A DNA stretch of 64,000 nucleotides, taken from NCBI GenBank assembly GCA_030765405.1, contig JAVCCP010000078.1, positions 1 to 64,000 on the forward strand, given 5' to 3'. Source of the DNA: Candidatus Ancaeobacter aquaticus. GTDB lineage: Bacteria; Auribacterota; Ancaeobacteria; Ancaeobacterales; Ancaeobacteraceae. Shown piece by piece: positions 28,543-36,778 of this stretch. Numbering within the stretch: the first letter of the stretch is position 1; every line of letters begins with the position of its first letter. The position numbers were made by a program, and so were the translations under genes. Below the pieces are notes generated by a model, which was not told the DNA's origin, ran no database searches, and saw only the letters and a program-made list of their open reading frames with translations.

Positions 28543-29686
28543 ATAGGTTTCTTTCTTTTATAATTCGCACTAATGAATGTGCTGCGCTTTCCCACGAGAG
28601 ATGTTTTACTGATTCATAGCCATTATATGCTTTTATATTGGCATTGTCTCTTTTTTCGTATACTGATCGCATTAGTTGTTTTAAGTGATCTTTATCAGGA
28701 TAGGCGATCATGCTTTCAGTGTCACTCGTATCGTATTGTGCTGAGCCTGCGTTTTTTAAAGTGTAATCGATCAAAAATGAATTATCCTTCGTGCAAAAAT
28801 AGGTATGCCCGCCCCACGCAGTTGTTATAACAGGTTTTCTCATTGCCATAGCTTCAAGGATCGCAATGCCGAACCCTTCTGAGAGGCTTGGTTGAAGATA
28901 ACAGTCGCATCCCGCGTAATATGACGGCATGAGAGCCGGGTCTTCTTCTTTATTGATATAAATGATTTCAGGTATATTCGCATGATGCGAATGATATGAC
29001 TTAACGATATCTTCAATATTAATTTCCCAATATTTTTTATTTTTAAACGGTTGATAAGGAGATTTTATTATTAAGGAAACAGCATCGTTAGATGTAAATG
29101 TTTCAGTATACGCGTCTAATAAGACATCAATGCCTTTTCTTAAATGCGGCATAGCAAGTATAAGGAAAATAAATTTTTTTTCAGTATTAAAACTAATGGG
29201 TGTTACGGAATCATGAAAAAGCATTTTGTTGTATCCGTAGGGAATAATTTCGATTTTATCCTGAGGGATACCATTTGAGACCATAATATCATAGCAGAAT
29301 GTGCTCGGTGCGATCAAAAGGTCAAGGTAACGGTTTATATTCGTTACCCATAGAGGTGGAAGTTTGGTTGTTTCGTATACAAGAAAACCTATTTTTGCCC
29401 TTCCTGTTAAACGCGGATAGTTTAAGGGGTATTCAAAGGTTAGCTCAATATCAATATTACGGTTTCTATCCATGAGGGTGTAAAGATGAGAGTCGATTTT
29501 TAATGCGCTATTGTATAAAGGTCCGCGGCAATTTGTAACAGATACATTGCATCCTATTGCGTCTAGTGCCAGAACCATTTCTCGTCCGACATGTGCCCAG
29601 CTCATTGTTGATTTAATAAGCCCAAAATAATTGATGTGTATATCTGCGTTTGATGTCTGTTTAAGTGTGTTATTTTTGTGAGTCAT
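28529..29686 (-). CDS. Glycosyltransferase family 4 (GT-B)
   Basis: RKGIDVLLDAY, PSLSEGFGIAILEAMAMRKPVITT. Confidence 0.9.
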   Translation of the reverse strand: MTHKNNTLKQTSNADIHINYFGLIKSTMSWAHVGREMVLALDAIGCNVSVTNCRGPLYNSALKIDSHLYTLMDRNRNIDIELTFEYPLNYPRLTGRAKIGFLVYETTKLPPLWVTNINRYLDLLIAPSTFCYDIMVSNGIPQDKIEIIPYGYNKMLFHDSVTPISFNTEKKFIFLILAMPHLRKGIDVLLDAYTETFTSNDAVSLIIKSPYQPFKNKKYWEINIEDIVKSYHSHHANIPEIIYINKEEDPALMPSYYAGCDCYLQPSLSEGFGIAILEAMAMRKPVITTAWGGHTYFCTKDNSFLIDYTLKNAGSAQYDTSDTESMIAYPDKDHLKQLMRSVYEKRDNANIKAYNGYESVKHLSWESAAHSLVRIIKERNLYETC

Positions 29687-32018
29687 TGTAGTCTATAGGT
29701 ATATGATTGTTTTGCAATCCCTTAGTAAACGGTAATGATTGCAGGGTAGGGTAGGGCGCAACCTGTTTATTTTTTTGTGCGTGCGCGGTTTTAGGTAACA
29801 ATAAGCTCATATGTATAGGAAAAACAGTTTTAATGCGTTTTTCGCCAATGGTATATATGCCTGCGGAAAATTCCCAGTTCTCTTTTCCCTTATACGTTTT
29901 TATGAGAATAAAGTTTCTCCCGTCCTTTAACTGCATGCGAAGGGGATACATAGTTCTCTTTGTCTGAAGCACTTTGAAGTTATCAAATATTTTCTGATTG
30001 TTTACAAAAAGTATGAATCGTGACTGGGTAGTTACTTTGAGAAGTGCTATGCGATTCCCTTTTGAGGACACTAACGTGCATGCGTACGCAAACAAGTGCT
30101 TGCTGGTACTCTTAGTTTTTAATTCTACCATATTATTTTTTTCTTTTGCGTAGGTGGGTTTCCACGGATAGAGGGTGTTATCCAGCATAATTGGTTTTTT
30201 TATGCTGAAAAACGTGGGATTTAAAAGTGTTTCATGCTTAACGCCCTGAGCAAGGGTGAAAGGGCCTGCAAGAGCCCATTCTTTAATGTATGGTACAGTC
30301 TTATTAAGTGATTTTATCTTTTCTTTGAGCATATGTTTGATATACGGATTATCTTTTACATAATAATACCGGTGCATATAAAAATGTTTTAATTCGAGAT
30401 CATGGATATAGGTTAAATTGGTATACAGTGTTTTTGCCTGAGCTGATAACTGTAAAAACCAGTTTCTTGTAGAGGTAACGGTCATGCTTTTTTGTAGAGG
30501 ATATTTCTGTGAGTTATATTCATAAAATTGCAGTAGGTACGTTTTATTGAGAAGATCGAGTGCGGTAGGGCACAAGATTGATCGCGGAAAATACTTTATG
30601 AATTGTTCGAGTTTTTTGCAGGTGAGAGCGAGGTTCGCGTTTATGAGGGTTTCAAGTGCTATCTTAAACTGCGAGAAGCTGACTGATTGACTTGTATTAA
30701 CTTTAAACCGTATTTTACATAACGGGTCGCCGATATATATGAGTCGCCAGGGTTTCGCGAAATTCTTCATTAGATACTCTTTACGTTGAAATGCTTTTCC
30801 GAGCGGGTAATTCTTTTTTATGGCTGAAGCGATATGTATCGATTTTTGAAATGCGGCATTCATGGGTTCGTTTATTGAACCAAGATATATATACGCGCCG
30901 TTTGCGAGCCATCGTCCGGCGATTGTTTGCGGGTCATAAAAATTTGCCGCTGAATAACTGTGGGAAAAATAAACAATAACAGGAACTGAGTCAGGGATAT
31001 CATCTACGGTTCCAGCCCAACTTTTTGAACTTCCGGACGATTGCACAAAAATGAAATTAAAGAAATTTCCAAATTTCATGATCGAACGCCATGCATCTAT
31101 CCTTCCTGTGGTTCCTTCATAGAGAATGGAAGGTATATGCTGGAGAAAAAACCAATATGCGCACCCCATACGATAGTTCCATTTTTCCGGCCATGTATCG
31201 AAAAAGAACGCGCTGCTTGTTGGTAAAAAAACTGATGCATTTGCCTGGTACAGCGCCATCCCGAGGTTATTGTCAACAAGCCGGCCGACATAACTGTAAC
31301 AATCTGTTGATTGCGGCTCGATCCTGTTTATAGCATCGTCGAGCGAATTGCCTCCTTGATAGCTGAATGGAAATTGAAGGGCGAGGGTAATATAGTCTAT
31401 CCCTGTTCCGAGACCTTTATAGGGGTATCCCCACGCCGCAATTTTCTTTATTATGGTGAGACGGATCGTTTCCTTAGCTTTATTATTAAGATATTTCTTA
31501 TCTTCTTTTTGTGTTAATAATTTTTCTATATTGATATCGAGGAATTCCAGGCACTGTTTATGGTATGCGGCAAGTAAGAGCCCTCCTGCACATTCTCTGT
31601 CTTCAATGTCCGTAAACACGATACCTTGTGGTTGTACACGCATTTTTCTCAGCCGCTTTTTGATGTCCTTAGGTGTTATTTTCTTTTTTATATCAAAAAG
31701 AGTTTCCGGGCCCCATGACGCATACAGTGCCTTTAGTACGGTTTCTTCGGTGAGATCTACATAGTGCGCGGCAGGAGCTTTAATAACGGCATAATCAGGG
31801 TATGCACGGAGAAATTTTTCTGTATATCGATTTACCCCGATAAAGATCGGAAAACGTGTGTGTCTATCCCATGTTGAAAGCGTATATAAAAATGTTTCAA
31901 TGTCAGGAACAATATATACTGATTTATCTTGCGTTTGAGATGCTAAAGAAGTAGATTTTAAATCGCTTATAGAAGCGAATAAAATTGAAAGAATTATAAT
32001 GCTGATTAACTTTTTCAT
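29670..32018 (-). CDS. Secreted hypothetical protein; central TIGR03790-like segment and C-terminal carbohydrate-binding-like beta domain
   Basis: Signal peptide; YLGSINEP...IYIGDPL; C-terminal WALAGPF...FAYA...LFVNNQKI...GRNFILIK; family assignments from memory. Confidence 0.55.
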   Translation of the reverse strand: MKKLISIIILSILFASISDLKSTSLASQTQDKSVYIVPDIETFLYTLSTWDRHTRFPIFIGVNRYTEKFLRAYPDYAVIKAPAAHYVDLTEETVLKALYASWGPETLFDIKKKITPKDIKKRLRKMRVQPQGIVFTDIEDRECAGGLLLAAYHKQCLEFLDINIEKLLTQKEDKKYLNNKAKETIRLTIIKKIAAWGYPYKGLGTGIDYITLALQFPFSYQGGNSLDDAINRIEPQSTDCYSYVGRLVDNNLGMALYQANASVFLPTSSAFFFDTWPEKWNYRMGCAYWFFLQHIPSILYEGTTGRIDAWRSIMKFGNFFNFIFVQSSGSSKSWAGTVDDIPDSVPVIVYFSHSYSAANFYDPQTIAGRWLANGAYIYLGSINEPMNAAFQKSIHIASAIKKNYPLGKAFQRKEYLMKNFAKPWRLIYIGDPLCKIRFKVNTSQSVSFSQFKIALETLINANLALTCKKLEQFIKYFPRSILCPTALDLLNKTYLLQFYEYNSQKYPLQKSMTVTSTRNWFLQLSAQAKTLYTNLTYIHDLELKHFYMHRYYYVKDNPYIKHMLKEKIKSLNKTVPYIKEWALAGPFTLAQGVKHETLLNPTFFSIKKPIMLDNTLYPWKPTYAKEKNNMVELKTKSTSKHLFAYACTLVSSKGNRIALLKVTTQSRFILFVNNQKIFDNFKVLQTKRTMYPLRMQLKDGRNFILIKTYKGKENWEFSAGIYTIGEKRIKTVFPIHMSLLLPKTAHAQKNKQVAPYPTLQSLPFTKGLQNNHIPIDYNDSQK

Positions 32019-32117
32019 AAAAATATTTTATGTATATTGTGTTAATTATTTTTTGGATGTTGTGCTTTAGTAACTGGTTATTTAAGTTGTATAATTATAG
32101 CATCAATGGGGACTTAA

Positions 32118-33413
32118 GTGAGAGTTTTATTTATATATCCTATTCCTCTGGAAACGAAGAAAGTATATACGGGCTATTATCATGGAGTGGGATACCTTTC
32201 GAGTGTATTAAAAGCTCATGGTCATGAAACTTCACTTTTGATTCTTGATACAAACGACAAGAATACCGTTATAGAGCGCATGGAAACCTTTCTTCCAGAT
32301 GTTGTTGCGCTATCCACTTTTTCTAACCAGATGAAGCTCGTAAAATATGTTACGTGTACTATTAGATCTATTTCATCTGTTCCCATTATAGCCGGAGGGA
32401 TACACGCAACGCTTGTTCCGGAGGAAGTGCTGGCAGTGGAAGGAATAACGGGTGTCGTGCGCGGTGAAGGGGAGCACGCGCTATTGGAATATGTCAACGC
32501 GCTGCACGATAAAAAAGATGTGTATGGAATTGCGAACTTTATGTTTTTGCGTAAAGGTACAGTTGTTAAAAATGATGTCCGTGCTCTTATCGATCTTGAC
32601 TCACTACCGTTTCCTGATCGTGAAATCTATGGTGACTATCAAACAATTCTTACCCGAAACAAAAACACTATTGGCGCTGAATTTATGATTGGAAGAGGAT
32701 GCGCCTACGAATGCGGTTATTGTTCGAATCATAAAATAAAAGAATTGTATAGCGGCCACTCTCATGGTTCATTTATACGAAAAAGAAGTGTTGATAATGT
32801 AATTCGAGAAATGCAATGTGTTCTAGGAAGATATACTGATATATCCCTTATCGGTTTTCATGATGATATCTTTCCAATGGATTTAGATTGGTTAGAAGAA
32901 TTCGCTCAAAAATATTCCAAGAAAATTTCGCTTCCGTTTTGGTGTAATGCACGGGTTGATCTTTTGAATGAAAAAAATCTGCGTATACTGAAACGTGCGG
33001 GATGTATGCGGCTTCACATGGGTGTTGAAAGCGGGAGTGAACGTATCAAAAAAGAAATATTAGGGAGAAATATCACGAATCAAAAAGTGATCGATACATT
33101 TAGATTAGTAAAGAGTATGGGGTTTAAAACTCTTGCATTTAACATGATTGGTATACCTGAAGAGTCCCAGGAGGATATAGAGCAAACGATAGCTTTAAAT
33201 AAGAGCATAAAGCCTCACTGGCTCCTTGTATCACTGTTTTATCCGTTTCCTGGTACCAATCTTTACTCTAAGTGCCTTCAGAACGGCACGTTAGGTAGTA
33301 ATGACGTTGAAAGTTACTATGAATGCAACTCTTCAATATCCAATAATCAGATTTCACGTGAAAAATTACTCTTTTATTATAATAATTTTGTACAATTAGT
33401 ATACGAGAAATAA
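32118..33413 (+). CDS. B12-binding domain radical SAM protein
   Basis: GVGYLSSVLK, GGIHATLVPE, RGEGE, GRGCAYECGYC, DDIF, GVESG. Confidence 0.92.
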   Translation: MRVLFIYPIPLETKKVYTGYYHGVGYLSSVLKAHGHETSLLILDTNDKNTVIERMETFLPDVVALSTFSNQMKLVKYVTCTIRSISSVPIIAGGIHATLVPEEVLAVEGITGVVRGEGEHALLEYVNALHDKKDVYGIANFMFLRKGTVVKNDVRALIDLDSLPFPDREIYGDYQTILTRNKNTIGAEFMIGRGCAYECGYCSNHKIKELYSGHSHGSFIRKRSVDNVIREMQCVLGRYTDISLIGFHDDIFPMDLDWLEEFAQKYSKKISLPFWCNARVDLLNEKNLRILKRAGCMRLHMGVESGSERIKKEILGRNITNQKVIDTFRLVKSMGFKTLAFNMIGIPEESQEDIEQTIALNKSIKPHWLLVSLFYPFPGTNLYSKCLQNGTLGSNDVESYYECNSSISNNQISREKLLFYYNNFVQLVYEK

Positions 33414-33599
33414 CGCCCCCAAAAATATGCGCCCCACTTTTATAAGTAACGCAAGAAGAAGGATATGCAAACTATTTCATTGTAAAATTATACCGCAGAA
33501 AGTATAAAAAAAAACACGTAGTGTTAAAAATTTTTATCGTGTAACTATCTGTGTTTACTGAAGTTAAAAATGAGGTGAATTTTAATAAAAAAAAAGGGC

Positions 33600-33628
33600 T
33601 TGACGCCCAATATATAGCGTGTTAACTT
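33600..33628 (+). promoter_or_regulatory. nrdJ promoter candidate overlapping NrdR box 1
   Basis: TTGACG 33600-33605, 17-bp spacer, TAACTT 33623-33628. Confidence 0.5.
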
Positions 33629-33651
33629 ATGCGAACCACAACATGGTGTGG
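33605..33651. promoter_or_regulatory. Tandem NrdR boxes
   Basis: GCCCAATATATAGCGT (33605-33620) and CCACAACATGGTGTGG (33636-33651), 31 bp apart, upstream of a ribonucleotide reductase; fit acaCwAtATaTwGtg. Confidence 0.8.
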
Positions 33652-33711
33652 TTTTATCCCGAAAATATCATAATCAAATTTATAAATATGGAAACTGAGT
33701 GTAATTACATG

Positions 33712-33890
33712 CAGATTGTGTTGAAGTAGGTTTCGTAACGAGAGAAGCGAGATGGGAGACGAGGCAAGAAAGACGAGCAAAATGCCCGCAGACGTAGTCG
33801 TTGTACTACGTTGAGGACTTTTTATGAGTCTGACGCAGCCGTAGGCCGTATATCGTTTTTTGCAGTAGAAACGTATTGCAACACAGTCTG
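33712..33890 (+). mobile_element. MITE-like element, core copy 3, in the nrdJ leader
   Basis: Imperfect 23-bp TIRs CAGATTGTGTTGAAGTAGGTTTC / GAAACGTATTGCAACACAGTCTG (19/23); central ACGTAGT-cgttgt-ACTACGT hairpin; TGACGCAG motif. Confidence 0.65.
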
Positions 33891-33910
33891 ATAAGGGAAG
33901 GGAGAGATTT

Positions 33911-36286
33911 ATGCAGGATGTCAAGATTGCAGGGGAAACAAAGGTAGTGCCGCAAAAACCGTATGAGGCTTCTGGTTCGTGGAAAGAGCTGGTAAACGAA
34001 TACACAGTTTCATATATAAAGAAAAAAGTTAAATTAGGGCCTAATGCAATAAAGGTTCTTGAAACAAGATACATAAAAAAAGATGAGCATGGAGTGCTCT
34101 TAGAGACCCCTGAAGATTTGATTAGACGTGTTGCGCACAACATTGCATCTGCGGATGCGCTGTATACCGGTGACGGAAATTTCAGTGATACAGAAGCAAA
34201 ATTTTATAACCTTATGGTTAACCTTGATTTTATGCCTAATTCCCCAACACTCATGAATGCAGGAAGAAAATTACAGCAACTGTCTGCATGTTTTGTGCTC
34301 CCTATAGAAGATGATATGGAAAGTATTTTTGGAACGCTCCGCGATACGGCGCTTGTGCATAAGAGCGGTGGAGGAACAGGTTTTTCTTTTTCTCGTTTAC
34401 GGCCGGAAAATGATTATGTAACTACGACCTATGGGAAATCAAGCGGTCCAATTTCGTTTATGCATGCCTATGACGCGGCAACACACGCAGTGAATCAGGG
34501 CGGGTTTCGTCGTGGCGCGAATATGGGGATCCTGCGTGTTGATCATCCTGACATTGTAAAATTTATTAATTGTAAAACAGATCAGACAAAATTGACCAAT
34601 TTTAATATATCAGTTGGTGTCACGGAAGATTTTATGCTTGCGGTGTTGAATGACAGTGAGTATGACATTGTTAATCCGCGCGATAAAAAAGTTGTCGGAA
34701 AGAAAAAAGCAAAAGAAGTTTTTGATATGATAGTAAATAATTCGTGGGCGAACGGGGAGCCGGGTATTGTGTTTCTCGATCGGTTAAACAAGGATAATCC
34801 AACACCGCTTTTAGGTGAAATAGAAAGCACGAACCCATGTGGAGAGCAACCGCTTCTGCCGTATGAGGCGTGTAATCTTGGTTCTATTAACCTTGCAAAC
34901 ATGGTAAGTGACGGAAAAATAAATTATGACAGACTTCGTGCTACGATAAGAACAACCGTGCATTTTCTTGATAATGTCATTGATAAGAGCAAATACCCTC
35001 TGCAAAAGGTTGAGGAAATGGTTCGCGGAAACAGAAAGATCGGGTTGGGAGTAATGGGTTTTGCTGATATGCTGATACTTTTAGGAGTGCCGTATAACTC
35101 GAATGAAGCGATTACACTCGCTGAAGATGTAATGAAGTTTATTCAGTTTGAAGGGCGAAAGAAATCAGGCGAGTTAGCAGAAGAACGCGGGTTGTTTCCG
35201 AATTATAACGGAAGTATCTATGATAAACCGGACGGTGTTCCCATGAGAAACGCAACAGTGACAACTATTGCGCCTACGGGAACAATAAGCATTATATCCG
35301 GTTGTTCAAGCGGGGTTGAGCCGCTCTTTGCCGTTTCATATGTGCGCAATGTAATGGACGGGCAAGAGCTTGTTGAAACACATCCGGTGTTTGAAAGTAT
35401 TGCAAAAAGAGAAGGGTTTTATTCTGAGTCGTTAATGAACAAGATCGCTCGTAAGGGAACGCTTCACGGAATAGATGAAGTGCCGGAAAAGATAAAACAG
35501 GTTTTTGCGACATCCCATGATATAAAACCTGAGTGGCACATAAAAATGCAAGCGGCATTTCAGAAGCATACTGATAATGCGGTTTCAAAAACAGTGAATT
35601 TTTCTAATAGTGCGACAAAAGAAGATGTAGCAAAGGTATACAGGTACGCGTTTGAAACAGGATGTAAGGGTGTAACGATCTATCGTGATGGAAGCAGAAG
35701 CAATCAGGTTCTTTCTACTGGGAAAACGGAATCTTCGGATAAAACACTAACTCCAAAGGCAAAGCGGTCAAAAAGACTTCGCCCAAAAGTGTTATACGGT
35801 AAAAGTATTCAGATGCAGACAGGGTGCGGACCTCTTTATATAACCATTAATGAAGATGAGCAGGGGATGTTTGAGCTTTTTAATACTATGGGTAAAGCGG
35901 GTGGTTGTGCCGCAAGTCAGTCAGAAGCTATTGGCCGTTTGGTATCTCTTGCATGGAGAAGCGGCATTCGGTCTGAGTCGATAATTAAACAGCTTATTGG
36001 TATTAGTTGTCATAAACATGTTGGTATCGGTGAAAAAAAGATACTGTCATGTTCTGATGCAATAGCTAAGGCGGTACGTTACTACTTGCAGTGTAAAGAT
36101 GAGGCTAAAGCTGAAGCGCGAGAAGATGGCAGTGGCGATGATACTGAACGTAAGACAGAAACACGCGTCCTAAGCCATTTAGATGAGCGGCAGATATGTG
36201 GAGCATGTCCCGAATGTGGCGGCATGATGGAGCAAGAAGGCGGCTGTGCGGTATGTAGAGCATGCGCCTATTCTGAGTGCGGATAG
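33911..36286 (+). CDS. nrdJ: Class II (adenosylcobalamin-dependent) ribonucleotide reductase with TSCPD domain and C-terminal zinc finger
   Basis: PNSPTLMNAG, SACFV, GGGTG, TNPCGEQPL, CNLGSINL, TIAPTGT, CKGVTIYRDGSR, CPECG..C..C. Confidence 0.96.
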   Translation: MQDVKIAGETKVVPQKPYEASGSWKELVNEYTVSYIKKKVKLGPNAIKVLETRYIKKDEHGVLLETPEDLIRRVAHNIASADALYTGDGNFSDTEAKFYNLMVNLDFMPNSPTLMNAGRKLQQLSACFVLPIEDDMESIFGTLRDTALVHKSGGGTGFSFSRLRPENDYVTTTYGKSSGPISFMHAYDAATHAVNQGGFRRGANMGILRVDHPDIVKFINCKTDQTKLTNFNISVGVTEDFMLAVLNDSEYDIVNPRDKKVVGKKKAKEVFDMIVNNSWANGEPGIVFLDRLNKDNPTPLLGEIESTNPCGEQPLLPYEACNLGSINLANMVSDGKINYDRLRATIRTTVHFLDNVIDKSKYPLQKVEEMVRGNRKIGLGVMGFADMLILLGVPYNSNEAITLAEDVMKFIQFEGRKKSGELAEERGLFPNYNGSIYDKPDGVPMRNATVTTIAPTGTISIISGCSSGVEPLFAVSYVRNVMDGQELVETHPVFESIAKREGFYSESLMNKIARKGTLHGIDEVPEKIKQVFATSHDIKPEWHIKMQAAFQKHTDNAVSKTVNFSNSATKEDVAKVYRYAFETGCKGVTIYRDGSRSNQVLSTGKTESSDKTLTPKAKRSKRLRPKVLYGKSIQMQTGCGPLYITINEDEQGMFELFNTMGKAGGCAASQSEAIGRLVSLAWRSGIRSESIIKQLIGISCHKHVGIGEKKILSCSDAIAKAVRYYLQCKDEAKAEAREDGSGDDTERKTETRVLSHLDERQICGACPECGGMMEQEGGCAVCRACAYSECG

Positions 36287-36303
36287 TAGTGAGACTGTAA
36301 TAG

Positions 36304-36325
36304 CCACCTGCAGAATGACAGGTGG
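36304..36325 (+). terminator. Hairpin after nrdJ
   Basis: CCACCTG-CAGAATGA-CAGGTGG perfect 7-bp stem; lacks strong U-tract. Confidence 0.4.
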
Positions 36326-36335
36326 ATATTGCACA

Positions 36336-36634
36336 GTCGAACTATCCCCCCTGTAGTATGATTTTGGAGGATTTATCCGAGAAAATCTAGGGGGGATCAG
36401 AATGAATATAGCTATAGAGACAGCTAATAAAATGGCTGTCTCTTTTTTTTATGTATTGAAGGTCGAGAATTTGCCTTAGTCGCCCTTAGGAAACTAGTAG
36501 AGTTTCCAAGGATTTGGTCCCCGAATGTCGAACTATCCCCCCTGTAGTATGATTTTGGAGGATTTATCCGAGAAAATCTAGGGGGGATCAGGGTGAATAT
36601 AGCTATAGAGACAGCCAATAAAATGGCTGTCTCT
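36336..36634. repeat. Tandem direct repeat of a structured 108-bp block (period 191 bp); sRNA or MITE candidate
   Basis: 36336-36443 and 36527-36634, 3 mismatches; each has an ATCCCCCCT/AGGGGGGAT stem and an AGAGACAGC/GCTGTCTCT terminator-like hairpin. Confidence 0.9.
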
Positions 36635-36714
36635 TATGTTTTTAAAGCAATACGAGTTTCTAGGGATTTGGGGCTCGAAAGTGAAACTGTTTTTGAAAAT
36701 TTGAGAATGAATGT

Positions 36715-36750
36715 AAAAAACCCTGTAATCATAAGATTATAGGGTTTTTT
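36715..36750 (-). terminator. Bidirectional intrinsic terminator downstream of the GGDEF gene
   Basis: AAAAAACCCTGTAATC-ATAA-GATTATAGGGTTTTTT. Confidence 0.8.
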
Positions 36751-36778
36751 AATAATTCTATTTGCGGTAACCGCTCAT

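Noticed and set aside
33414..33910. Cobalamin riboswitch before nrdJ (also checked before metH, 52724-52823)
   Set aside because: No B12-box or GGGAA..CCCGC core seen; NrdR boxes explain the regulation
36336..36634. CRISPR array
   Set aside because: Only two 108-bp repeats, far longer than CRISPR repeats; no cas genes nearby
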